A DNA stretch of 64,000 nt from Macrostomum lignano. Lineage: Eukaryota. Position 1 is the first letter of the stretch. Each line of letters starts with the position of its first letter. The position numbers and the translations under genes were made by a program. The notes beneath the pieces are model-generated. The model had not been told where the DNA came from. It saw only the letters and a program-made list of their open reading frames with translations, and did no database searches. Location: contig NIVC01002033.1 of NCBI GenBank assembly GCA_002269645.1, forward strand, positions 62,001 through 126,000. Reading direction: 5' to 3'. Below are positions 44,003 through 57,314 of this stretch, piece by piece.

Positions 44003-44626
44003 ATGGAGAAGTCACTGGTGGATAGCGAAATGAATAGCGCTAAAGACGATCAACCCAACGATTTGACGCAGAAACGTCAGGCGCAACAGCAGCGAAGCCG
44101 CTCGTTCGGTGGCGCCGCCTCGTCGCTGGTCGGCTTGTTGGCTCAACGGCGGCCGCGTCTGTTTTCTAAGAAATCATCTCGCTCCAGCTCCACCACGGCG
44201 TCGCCCGTGAAGCGGCAGTCGCAGCCTCGGCCGCAGCCGATCCCAGTCCCGAATCAGATTGTCGTCAGCGAGTTGCGGGTCGACTCCGACGGTGAAGAGT
44301 TCGAGGTGACGTGGACCGCATTCGACGCCTCCTGGCCTCTGGGAGGCGTGGACAACCATCAGTGCAGTTCGAGCAACTCGTTGCCGTTCGACCGCAGACG
44401 GATTCGGTCGCTGAACAACCTGGAGGACGCGTCAAGTCTTGGCGTCGTTGCCGCAAAAAAACCGCAAAAACGAGTCGACAGTGTGCATGAGGCCTTCAAG
44501 CGGTCTCCGAGCTCGAATCGACGCAACGCGGTCTGCCTAGAGCTGGACCAGCAGCAGTGCGACTCGGCCCTGTCCAGATTCAGTGAGCACGCGGCCATTG
44601 TGAATGCCATGAAGCAGTGCTTCTGA
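44003..44626 (+). CDS. Single-exon orphan protein (207 aa), Ser/Arg-rich and probably disordered
   Basis: ATG at 44003, GC-rich codon usage like the other exons here, non-repetitive open frame. No recognisable domain. Confidence 0.65.
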   Translation: MEKSLVDSEMNSAKDDQPNDLTQKRQAQQQRSRSFGGAASSLVGLLAQRRPRLFSKKSSRSSSTTASPVKRQSQPRPQPIPVPNQIVVSELRVDSDGEEFEVTWTAFDASWPLGGVDNHQCSSSNSLPFDRRRIRSLNNLEDASSLGVVAAKKPQKRVDSVHEAFKRSPSSNRRNAVCLELDQQQCDSALSRFSEHAAIVNAMKQCF

Positions 44627-45816
44627 AGCAGCTTCCATGTATGATACTTCACTCAAAGAGACTGAAGGCTTGAACCAGGTTCAGATTGACGTGGAATTGT
44701 CTTCAACATCATGACGTCAACCCCGTGTCAAGCTGGAGCTTCTTGAGCCAAATTGCTTATGAATATAATTGGTGTCTACTGTATTAACCTATTGTGTGTT
44801 TCCAGCCACATCTGCAATCTTCAAATGGGACTCCCACTGGTATTTTAATCTTCACAAGAATATGCTCTTACATGTAGCTCATAATGCACTTCTTTCTAGT
44901 GTTTATCCAAAGCGCATGTGTCTGACATAAGAGAATACTCGTACATTTGAGCGTATTGACATTCGATTGAGTCGAAAATATACAGTTTAACTGGCGAGCT
45001 GGAGTGAATTCCTGACATGCAATCTGCATTTACATGTAATACGGGTCTAGCTTTACTTCGAAAAGCTATATAAACCGTGTTCCTTTCAATCTTAAGTTCC
45101 TGCGTTGCAGCTCGAGTCGACATCAAGGACAGTGGTCCTTGATCGACATGCGCTTGGAGAAAGGTTTAACAGCTTAAATGCGACTCTCGGTTATACAAAA
45201 AACACATTTTGTTTTTTTTATTAAATAATTTAAGCCGTCCGTAGTGAATCGAATGCAACTGAATGCGAGCCTGCCTGAATTCACTCTAATTTGGAGTGCT
45301 CAATTTCTATCTGCAGTAGCACCACGTGATCTTTCCTCTGCCTCGCTTTACATCGCCCTCATTTTCTCTTGCCCGATTGCCATAAGGACGCAGGTGAATG
45401 TACCCGCAGGTTAACTGATCTTGGGAGATTATTAACGAAGGCGAGAAAGGGAGCTCTCAGGTGGCAGAGACTTGAGTGAGCCATTTCATCCCAATCTCAT
45501 CCCCTGTCTGTCTGTCTCTGCATAGGATTCAACGTTCAGTCATCTACAGGTGCTCTCGGATTCACTAAGCAATACACGTGCTTGCAGCTCCGGTTTGGGC
45601 TCGATGCTTGCCTGGCTTCAATCTAAATATGTTACAGTATACAGTCTGTAATTTTTTACGGGTACGAAGAACCGCAAAAAAATAGCACGAAGCATACTTG
45701 AAAGCGAAATGACACTATTTTGGCGGGGGGAGCAGATCGGCTCAGCGGCGCACGACCCTGAGGGCCAGCCTTCAAGGCGCAGGGAGTGTACGATTAGAAA
45801 GTCAGGTCCCCTGTAC

Positions 45817-45961
45817 CAGGGGCGTAGCCAGAGGGGGGCAAGGGGGGCCGTGCCCCCCCCCCCAATCACCAACTCTGGCCTTGGCGCCCCCCCCCCTAAA
45901 AGAAACTGGCGCCCCCTAACTCACGCCCCCCCCCCAATCAAAATTCCTGGCTACGCCCCTG
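45817..45961. mobile_element. hAT MITE (145 bp)
   Basis: TIRs CAGGGGCGTAGCCAG / CTGGCTACGCCCCTG; perfect 8-bp TSD CCCTGTAC at 45809-45816 and 45962-45969. Confidence 0.93.
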
Positions 45962-45973
45962 CCCTGTACCCCT

Positions 45974-48563
45974 CCCGGGTAGCATTTTGACGTCAATTTG
46001 CGGTTGCGTTGACGTCGCAAAAATTACCTTCGCAAATCTATTCACCCCAGCCCGTCTTCGTTGATATTGTAGTTTATTTTTGCAGAATTAGATGCCAGAG
46101 TCAATATGCATTTATAGTCATCATTTTGCTAGCTCAATTATACCTGTAAAATAGCAAAGAAGTAACCGTAAAATATTCGTTGAAAGTAGGTTGAAAAATC
46201 AACGTCAAACTTTAGTCATTATGGAACCCAAAATTTGACGTTTCTATGCTGCATTACTATATAATAACGTAGATTGAATGATTTTTATAACACTGAAAAA
46301 AGTAAGGGAAAAAGTAAGGCTCGTTTTTTAACAGTTTTATTTTGTTAATACGTATTATTAAACTCGTACATATTTGAATATTTTGCTGCATGATAAATCG
46401 CTTTATATATATAGAAGATCATAAGTGGCGTTGCTTTTTTATTTAGTTAGTGTTACCTGCTATATGATTTTTAATTCTACTACTTTCTCTCTTCCCATTT
46501 CCTATCAGTACTGCTGTTTATATTGGAAATATACAGTAATAATAGCCTTGCCTACCACAAGTATTGCATTGATTACAACTACTAGAGTTAAACATTATTC
46601 CTATCAAAACAATAATTGTCTGGAAATCAAATTCCTACATACATACAGTTTGCAGAGAACTGCTTGATTTTCGAATCAGTCTTACTCTCAGCCTATAAAT
46701 CATATATAATCATTGGACCTTAGATATCATATCCAAGATTCAATTTCAAATTTTTATTTAGAAGGTGCAGTTGTTCTAGCATTTCTAGGCCTATCATACA
46801 AAAAATCTTGGCATACTTGGTTTGAAATTAATATTTCTTGTTTCTTAGTTTTACTAATCAGCCATTTAATGAGATAATATTTATTATACATGCTAAGTTC
46901 ATGTTAGGCCTAGCATTTAAAATATACTTTAGTTTCCTAGTTAGCTCATTAAAATCTTTAGTAGGCTCTAATTTCTCATTGTAGCACTCTTAGAGCTACA
47001 ATTTCCTTAACAAACTTATGCTAAGCTATATTCTATATTAAAACATATATTTATTAATGTTTTGCCCCATTAAGTAGCCTATAGATTGTTAATCATATTT
47101 AGACATATTTTAGACATTATTATAGCATTGCTAGGGCACTATTGTTTAATTTGTGGTTGAGCAGATTTTTTAGTTGAATAGAAAGTCTGAACAAAAGTAA
47201 AAAGATTTATAGGATTATGTATAGAAATCCTAAGACTAAGAGTAAGGCTAAAGACTTCTGTATAATATAGTTTTATATATTGCAATTTATGGATGTATAA
47301 AATATAACTTTACCAATGCATAAGTCAAAATCAAAAATATACTTTTTTCTGCCTATTTCAGATGGCCACCTGTGTGAAGAGGACAGGAGAGATTGCTACT
47401 ATATGCCATCAATGATACTAATTCCAACTCCTAGATGAGGAGGAGAAAATTCATTCCTATGATGACATCATCCCTGCTTATTGGAACAGGTTGTCATGAA
47501 GGGATGTCAGCTAGTCAATTTGAGGAAGGAGTTGTGGAAGAGGATAACAATTCACCATTTGATTCAGTCTCCTCCAATTCAGAGACTGAGGACTATCAAG
47601 AATTTGATGTAGATCTTCTGAGTGAAAGACTGGGCAATATGCAGCAATATGCAACTACTCTCTATTTATTTATTCTACAGTTCTGTTGTTTGCTGCCTTC
47701 ACCTTATATTTGTTTCAATGACACTGTTTTCAACATTCTATTCTGTTTTGTCAGTACTGTCGTTTTTGGCACTATTGTAATTTTTTCAACTTTTAAAATT
47801 TAATTTATTACCATCCTTTTCATAAATTTTCATATGCAAGCATCAACTTAATTTGTGTTAAAATAAAAATTTACGAAGAAAAGTAACATCCTATATCTAA
47901 ATATACCAGTACTAAATCTCTAAGGTTTGTATGCTTGCTTGTCCATAATATAACTTCTAAATCCAATGTCTACAATATGTATGTATACAAGAGAAGATGA
48001 ATATAAGGCTTTGTCCGCATGTATTCTTGTTTAATATTTTCTGGTAAAAATGTAACTATTAGCCAGAGGCGTAGCCAAGTGGGGTCATTGGGGTCATGAA
48101 CCCCCTAGCCGGCTGATCCAGGCCAAATACAGGCAGCAGCCCCCTCCCCCGTCGCAGAGGCCTAGCACCCCGCCCCCGGTTGCCGCTGTGACTGTGACCC
48201 CCAGAAGGAAATTCCTAGCTACGCCACTGCAATTAGCTTCTAGAAATAAGATGGGTACATGTACTGCCTACACACATTCAAAGAAAGTTGACTTCAGAAT
48301 GCAAAGATAACCATCAATCATAAAGCCAGCAACATTTGTTTTCTTAAAAGACATCATACCAGTCATTTCGTGCATTCAAAAGCCATTAAATATATTAAAT
48401 AAAGACGGTAAAATTTCGGTACATTTTGACGTCAAAACAACGTCACAGATCTAGGTCAAAATTACGTAAAAAACATCGACAGAATTGACGTCATTTCGAC
48501 GTTACACTTTGACCTATTTTCAACGTCATTTTGACGTCGCGCAACGTCACTTTGCTACCCGGG
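45974..48563. mobile_element. 2.6-kb non-autonomous DNA transposon with CCCGGGTAGCA TIRs (CMC/EnSpm-like, tentative)
   Basis: 11-bp perfect TIR, multiple subterminal GACGT motifs at both ends, flanking 3-bp direct repeat CCT, AT-rich interior. Confidence 0.7.
48064..48229. mobile_element. hAT MITE (166 bp) nested in the 2.6-kb element
   Basis: TIRs CAGAGGCGTAGCCAAG / CCTAGCTACGCCACTG; 8-bp TSD CTATTAGC vs CAATTAGC (7/8). Confidence 0.85.
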
Positions 48564-50416
48564 CCTGCGTGAGCCTGCGTACGAGTGCGTGCCTGCGTAC
48601 AGTGTTGGCGCACCTGTGTGCTCAGGAGTCTGCGGAATGTGCAGAATTTCCCTAAGCGCTGGTTGTGGAAGAAATCCCGAGATTTAAAAGTGCACTTCTG
48701 ATCCCAATACAGAGCCTCACAGATTCCATCACTACATACTACAGGAGGGCGCTGCTACAGTCACTTCTTGCACGCTATGAGCAATCCGTCATTGGCACTA
48801 AGGAGACAGTGAATGCTACGAGCTACTCAAGTATGGCCATTGAGGCAGCCACTCTTCTGTAGCGGGTTCTCCTTGTCAGAGAGACACGCGATTTTGTCAT
48901 CGCTCCTCTCTTATTGCCATCTCAAGCAGTCTCAAGTTGCTTTATTATATAGGTGGATGTGAGGCGGCTTGGTTGGTGTTTACATCGCGGCTTCTGGCAG
49001 TCCATCCAGTGTCCACCCGCCACTAAAATCCACTTCAAGAGCAGATTAAAGAGAGCATTGGTCTTGCAACCTTTCGTAGAAGCCAGTAGAAATGGGCCTG
49101 CTTGTACTTCTTGAGAAAAAATGCGTCAAGATTCAGCCTGAATGAAGTCTAGGACAGGGGCTTGAGAAAATCTAGATTAGAAGCGGACGCAGCTTATGTG
49201 ACTCAATGATCCTTACATTAAACACTAAAAGTTCAACATTAATGTCTAGAAAAACTATCATAGAAAAAGAAGAGAAGGATTTTTCGTTAAGAGTTTCGGC
49301 AAGAAGGGTTTTAGTTGCAACATTTACCCAGCATAAATGCATATTTGCAACTCCAGTTGAATGAAAAATATCGTTGGAAGCAGGTTTAATCCCAGTCCCG
49401 ATACCCAGAAGTCCATGTTTTAACAGCCAACATCTTGCACTGCTCAGCGCGAGCCCTTTTTCGAGCTGCCAAAAGCAATGTTTACTGACTGTATGGTCGA
49501 CTCGCTCAACTCCTGGGACGGAATTGAATGAATGACTGCGAATCGAAGAAAAACACACAGAGAAACGGAAGCAAGCAAGCTGCCAACAGCTCCCAGCTTC
49601 CAGCTCCATCTCTCATCCATCTTTCCCGTGTACGACTATATGCACACAGGAAATTTATGGATGCTCAACACAATTCCAAAGCTATTTATAGTTACGTACT
49701 TGACCCATGCATTTGTCGCCTCAGAGCTGCAATATTACAGTGGCTGTGCCGTTGACAGACATCAGTATGACAGCATGAGCAAAAATCAGGTGATATGTTA
49801 TCAGAGCGCAAAACCAATCCCTTTAGTTTACGAGCATAATGTTGCGCTTTCAAGATTATGTTCCTTCCTGCTTTGATTAAAAAAATTCAGCGTCCTCTTT
49901 GATACTATTGAGTTAGCTTTGAACCCTGCAGGTAATTTTTAAATCAGGGATCAACGTGTCTGACTCTCGAACCACAGTACTCGGGGTTCGATTCAGCGCG
50001 CCAGGCTTGTACAGGAAAATTGGCATCGAGATTGGGCAATTCACACCCGCGAGGGACAACCATCCAGTACAACAGTGAGTGTGCCATCCAGTTCTGGCTG
50101 CGGGTTGACTCCCCGCGAACATCATGCACACGCTCACACCAGGGTGTACAGCGGCACTCTGACTTTCTAATCGTCAGGCATGTAATGGGTGGTGCGGATC
50201 CCACGCGTTCAGAATTCAACCATGAGAGTTGAGGCGTGCGTGTCAGTTACACGTAACGTCCTGTTCGGTGGTTATAGAAAAAAAGCAAACATAGAAGACT
50301 TTTCAACTATTACACTCGATCTAACAGTTCATATCTATCATTTACTATCCAGGATTAATTGTTCGTCAACTGCCATATAATTTTCAATCCCTTTTTTATT
50401 GTCCATTGGCCAAGGT

Positions 50417-51162
50417 TCACTTCCTATGCGATCGGCGACGCCTTTCAGACAGAAAGCCCTGGTAGTCGCTCAGAATGATGGCCTTGGTCAGTTCGTACCA
50501 GCACGCCCGTACGCAGGACTCCCTGCTGCAGTTGCAGTCTCCCGGCATTGGCTGGTTCAAATCGCGAGCTCGAAACTCGCTCAGTAGATCGGGAATTTCG
50601 CGCTCCATCTTGTCCAGGTTACCGATGCTGTCGTCCGGAGGGCAGCGGCGACCGTGCAGAGCGCAGGGCTTGATGTACCTCTCCAACTGGTACTCCATTG
50701 CGCTGCGCGGGTCCTGTAGGAATATTTCGACGTTTTGTTGCTGATAATTGAAGCATTTTTTCTGCATTGCTACTCATACGAGTAGTAGGTTAATTCGAAC
50801 CTTGGATAAAAATATGTAACGTAGATTATTGGAACCAAAAAAGTCACTAAACTTCGCTGAGTGCGGCCCTGACCGTCTAATCGATAGGCATGTACACGAC
50901 ATATCTTCGTGCACGTTGCTCATGAGTAAGATACATTTAAAACTCCTCGCCGTCCATTGTTTAGTACAATAGTTACTTTAAGTTATCAATAATTACGCCC
51001 TAATATGAAGAGTAAACATGCTGTACGTATTTTCCCAAAAGCAAGATTAAAAATTATTTAGAGAATTAAAAAAATTAACCTCACCGCACTAGCCAAGCCG
51101 ATCAGGCAGGCTGCTGAAGCCACTGCAGTCAGAAACAGAAGTCGACCTCCGAGATTGCACAT
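50417..51162 (-). CDS. Small secreted cysteine-containing protein (124 aa), orphan
   Basis: Exon 1 51162-51085 encodes the signal peptide MCNLGGRLLFLTAVASAACLIGLASA (donor GTGAGG). Exon 2 50713-50417 has acceptor CCTACAG, is phase 0 and encodes 6 Cys. AATAAA follows the stop. Confidence 0.8.
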
Positions 51163-51625
51163 GTCGCTGTGTCGCTGTGTCAGTAGCAATTATAGCGCAA
51201 TTCTGTAAAATCACTTGGCCAGTACCGCGAAGGCTGGGCGGACCTCCTATTTATTGTGCTGGAAACCACTGGCTGATGCTAATGATTGAATGCCCACCAC
51301 AGGAAGTGGGCAATTCAGAGCTCCCGATTTCTATGGTGGCTCTGATCGATGAGCTGCGAGAGAGCTGCACAAATTGCACAATCTCAGGCAGAAGCTTTAC
51401 TCACAATTTTGCAGTTGTAAATTTTTGTTTTAATTTTTAGTTGCCGCCTGCCATGCAAATTGTGAAGTCGATTTGATTCGAGAAAATCGCTCAGTATAGT
51501 CGTTAACTTAAGTTGCAGCCTCATAGCTCTTTACTGTTGCTTTAAGCGGTGTTGGCTTTCCGGCTGCTTTGCTAGTTCCGATGCTGACAATGAATGCTAA
51601 ATCCGAACCTTAACCAATAGTGGCC

Positions 51626-52281
<656 letters not shown>

Positions 52282-53730
52282 CGTTCGCGATCAGAATTTT
52301 TCTTAACAAGGACACTCTCAAGCATATAGGACGGAAGACTATACGTTTTTTTGGAAAATTTTAGGAGGCAGCATGCAGATTTTACATTAAAAAATGCATT
52401 ATGGAGTTTTTTAACTTCAGTGCAGGCAGGCTGTTAAAACGAAACTGTTATTGCTTTTGATAGGAGACAAACCGAAGTATTCATAGTTTTTTCTGTTTTT
52501 TCCTTTCTCATACAAGTCATATTAATTGACATTAATAAAGTTTTTTGTGTAGAAAATTAGGATTCTATGTTAATTCTACATCCTACCTACAATCGTACAT
52601 ATTCTGTGCCTAAAAATAACACAACTCGAAGAACCATTCATGGTTTTAGCATTCTTAGCTGACTGGTAAAAATTAAATGTGTAACAGAATATACTAAGAA
52701 GGTGATCAGTTTATGGTCAAACTAGGACCTTGGTGCCAAGAATCCTCTGCGCAAGACTTAGGAGGCCTGCCTCAACACCCACGGGATGAATTGTCTTCGA
52801 AGTGCGTTCTGTAAGTAAAGGCTGTAGAGGGACGAAGACTTTTTGAGCTAATCATCACGTCAAAAGAACGAGGCAGGTGTGAGAATCGCTGGCTGAAAAA
52901 TGCCTGCCAAACAGACATATAGTGCACAGATAAGTTCACTACGCCATGCTACCGAGGGGCAACAGCCCTGGCCAGACAGTTATCATACTGTTATACAATT
53001 CGAAATAAAAATGAATTAATATAGCGTTATAATTTAGAACCTTATTCTGTAAATAAAAAAAGTTAACAAAAACAGTGGACTACTGTTTTTTTTCACCTAT
53101 TGAAATAATTTTTGAAGTCATGATAAAATATTGATTATTAGGAAGCTGCATGTTTTGTTTTAAATATTGGCTGACAAGCAATTTTAATTTGATTTCCTAG
53201 CAATGACCTCATTTTATAATTAACCGAGTGCGTAAAATGTTATTGAGTTTCACCGTTTCCCTAATCATTACCTTAGTTGTACGCCTATGTACGCCGTTAA
53301 ATAATAAAGAAAGTAAGAAATAGAAACGCAAAACATACAGTATGTTGGTACAAAATAACAAAGTTATCTAGTCCTAGTCTATCGAAGCGTGTGCCACACA
53401 TTAGCATTTCATTTTTTTAAGTTCAACATTGTTAATGTTACATTGCAACAATGAGTAAATTTGTGTTTTTGAGATTCGTGAATTGAGACGAACTGTCATA
53501 AGGACCCTTTGTTTTTATCAGCAGACTAAATTTTTTTATGGTTGTCTTTTGAAAGAATTTTTTTGTTATTTCCCCAGTTCACAAATTAGGCCTATATTTC
53601 TTTACTACTAGTTAGTAGGCTAGTTCTTAAGTCATCAAATCATCAAATGGTGCTGTTTTTCTTATTGCCTTATGTACCCACTACCCAGTACCTTCAAATT
53701 TGTTATTTATCCTACACTACACCTTACACT

Positions 53731-53846
53731 GGCAATCTTCTCGAATCGTTCGTTTAATTATTTCCGGAATTATTTCGCCCTCTATTCAAGGGTGATAGAG
53801 GTGAGGGTGGGGGTTGGAATTAAATGAACAATTCGAGAAGATAGCC
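53731..53846. mobile_element. Small MITE with 9-bp TSD (MULE-like)
   Basis: TIRs GGCAATCTTCTCGAATCGTTCGTTTAATT / AATTAAATGAACAATTCGAGAAGATAGCC; flanks CCTTACACT and CCTTACACC. Confidence 0.7.
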
Positions 53847-56800
53847 CCTTACACCTATACAGTAGCACAAATAAGGCCAAGGGTAAGAGGCTATACTTTT
53901 TGGCAAAGAACCATAGTCAAGGACTTGTGCTAGGCCTCTTGGCTCTTTCCTATAAAGTCCTAATTCTTAGCCTCTGCCTAGTCTTTATGCTGCCACCAAA
54001 GTTGTTCTAGGGCTAGCTTCCTACACTAATCTTTAAGTTTTCTTGTTAAGTTGGTAGCTGCTACTAGGATTATCCTATTAATAAATTATGGGGTTAGGCC
54101 TATTAATCTTAGACAAAGTCTAAGAATATTTCTTAGAATAAGTCTGAGTATTTAGTCTAAGTATTTAGTTTGAGTATTTAGTCTGAGTATTATTCTTAGA
54201 AAACTACTAGCCCTTAAAGATTTTATTCTTCTGTTATTCTGATAGCATTCTATTATTCTGGTAGTATTCTATTATTCTGATTCCAGTAGTGTTTACTGTA
54301 CTTTTGGCCTGAGTGGTCTATTGGCTATACTGGTGTATGTATTTCATGTACTTTGCAAGTCCTTGGGCATTACCGAGATCAGAAGGTCATAGCCTTTGGT
54401 TATTCTTACATATATCACTTTAGATCTACTTCGTATTCTCTTACTACTCAATATTGCTGCTTCTCAATAATATGTACTGTATACGCTTCGGTCTATTTTA
54501 CTCTTACTTCATAAAAGGATTTAACACAGAAAGCAATTCTTCAATTCTTATTTTCTTAGAACTCTTACTATTTGCTATCAATCACTTATTGCAGAACTGC
54601 AATGTGCGAGGTTGTCTTGTCCTCTGCTGAAAACACTTCTATTTATACTAAAATTTAATGTAGATTTAAACAAAAATATATTTGCATAAAATATTATGAA
54701 AAGTATAAGTATTAAAACAAAAATTGCATCTTAGTTTTGGCATAAATTCAAGTTCACTTAATTGGTAACTATTTTATAGAATAATTGGGAGGGGCCCTGT
54801 ACAGACTCAAGGTGCTACTGCTAGGCTAGGCCTACTAATGATGCTATAGATTGTCTCTAAACTAAAAAAAACATTATAGAGGACAACTTAGCCTATGCAT
54901 TCTGCATATGGTTTCTTGCCCTAATCCTAACCTTGCAAGGAAGTTATAGTAGGCCTAGGCCTATTGAAAAACAATTAGGCCTATTCCATATTAGCCTTAG
55001 CCCTAGGCCTACCCCTAGTGCCTATTGCTTGATATCTAGGCTAGGGACCATAGTGTACTTCATACATCAAGTGCTCAAAAAATTGACCAAGAAAGGCACA
55101 AAAATTAGTTGATTTTTTGCCAGAATAATATGTATAGGCTTATTGTTAGATTTAAATATAGCAATAGTGTGCTCTAGTGCCAATGCCAAGCCAATAATAA
55201 TTTACTAGGCCTAAACTAAAGCTCTTTTAGTTCAAAGCCAAAAAACAAAAATAGTAAAGTTTTGCTGGCAATCCTTTGGTTTACAATTACTATTTATTTT
55301 GCCAGTTTTGGCTCACAATCACCTTATATTTTGCTTACTGCAGTGCAAAAATGGTGTGTTCAAAACTAAGACAAAAAACAATGGTAGTTTCAAATGAAAA
55401 GAAAGCAAAAGTTGGCTGATCAACTAACTTTGTTTATTTGAAATTGAAAATATTTGTACATTGGTTCACTAGTAGCTTATATATATATATCACCTTTGGT
55501 TTATGATTATCCAAAGCTGGCTGTAGGAAAGCATGTCAACCCTAGCTTAGTATAATTAATCTTCAGTGCCGCATCCCCCTCACTTTTGGTTTACAATCAC
55601 TTCTACACATGCACTCCATTGAAATGATCATAAACTGAAGCTAGCTGTAGAAAGCATGTCAACCCTTAGTACACTTTCTTATGGCCAGCTTTGGTTCACA
55701 ATCATTTTAATGGGTAACATACACTCATATGCGCAACAGTCGGCCAATCCGGCCAACCGATTTGGCAGCCAACCAAGGAAGTTGCAAAAATTCCTACCCG
55801 AAAAAATACCCAAGTAGTACTTAGTACGAGGCATTTTAGCTTAGTAAGTTACTCCTGCCATTTACCCAAAGTTGCGTTAATTTTGCTTTAGGGTTTTTTT
55901 ACATGTAAGTTGCATTTTTGGCCAAAACTATGTCACATTTTGTTAAAACTAAGTCGCACGGCTGACCAAATTTTTGAGGTTGCGCATGTATGAACATACA
56001 TTTGGGTGATCGTAAACCAAAGGTGAAATATATAGGCTACTGTAGCTCAAACTTGTAACTTGATAGTTGAAATTAGTTTGACAGGTTTTTCTACTGCTAG
56101 CTTTGGTTTGCGATCATTTCAATGGGCAACATGTTTGGGTGATCATAAACCAAAGGTGAAATATAAGGTGCTACATCAATCTTACTATCTTTTGAAATAA
56201 ACAAAGTCAGTTTGCCAATATTTGATTTTGTTTCATTAGAAACTATGGATTTTATGTCTTACAACAGTTTTTTGTGGTGATTGTCACTGGTTAAGGTGAT
56301 GGTCACTGTTAAGGGTGATTGTAAACCAAAGGAATTTAGATTGTAGGATTGTAGGATTTTGCCTACATGTGCATTTAATTTTTTTACTTTCTGTGCAAAA
56401 TGCATTATTTTTAAGATAATTTTCACCTTGGATTGGTATAGGATATATTATGATATGAATAAGCCCTATTAATTATATGCTGTAGCATAGGCCACTGTCA
56501 AGCAAGTGTCCAATGTATGCCAGAATTTTATAGACAAAATTTTAGGTGTATGCCAAGTATACCAAAAATTGAAAATAGCCTATGACTTTGTTGTATATAC
56601 CAAAATTTTAGAATTATATAACTTCATTTTTCTGCTACAATAATAAAGGAAATTTTTTCCACTGTTACATTTAATATTTACATTTACTTTATAACAAAAT
56701 AAATCTCATGTCTATTATTCCTTTATAAAAAATTGCAATTACTCAAGTTCTAGTATCTAAACTCTTTAAAACAACACTATTATATTTAGTTAATATATTT

Positions 56801-57162
56801 ATTAGTTTTTGTTTGCAATCCCATTATCTTTTAAAACCACTTACCTTTTTCTTAGAAATGTTCCACCTTTCGTTACAGAAACTAGAAATACTTGTTCCTA
56901 TTTTCAAATTGCTTTTCATACCACTTTGTATGCCAAATACAACTTTTTAGGATTTAAACATGCCAAATATGTATGCCAAGGAACTATGCAAGGCTAATGC
57001 CCACCAGAAAATTCTGGTATATAGGACACCTTGACTATGGGTTGTAGGCCTATTTTGGTTTGCTCTAAAATAAATCTAACAAATGCCACAAAGTTCTTAT
57101 AGGGCTGCTATATAATATCCCAAATTATTATTAAATTACTTATTAAGTATAGGCATACATGC

Positions 57163-57314
57163 ACAACCTTGGGAATCACTCTGCCATTTCTATTGGCAAC
57201 ACACACATGTAAGTCACTATTGGCTGAGAGCAGTCACGTGACTACTATTCCATCCAATAGCAACTTATATGTATGTGTTGCCAATAGAAATAGTTGGGTG
57301 AATCCCTAGGTTGT
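57163..57314. mobile_element. Foldback/hairpin element (probable MITE)
   Basis: Inverted arms ACAACC..GGGAATCAC..TTTCTATTGGCAACAC / GTGTTGCCAATAGAAA..GTGAATCCCTAGGTTGT around a central AGTCACGTGACT palindrome; nearby direct repeat TAAGTATAGGC on both sides. Confidence 0.6.

Noticed and set aside
50417-50713. Calling the secreted orphan an insulin-like peptide
   Set aside because: Cys spacing does not match the B-chain C-x11-C or A-chain CC-x3-C-x8-C; only the 2+4 layout is similar.
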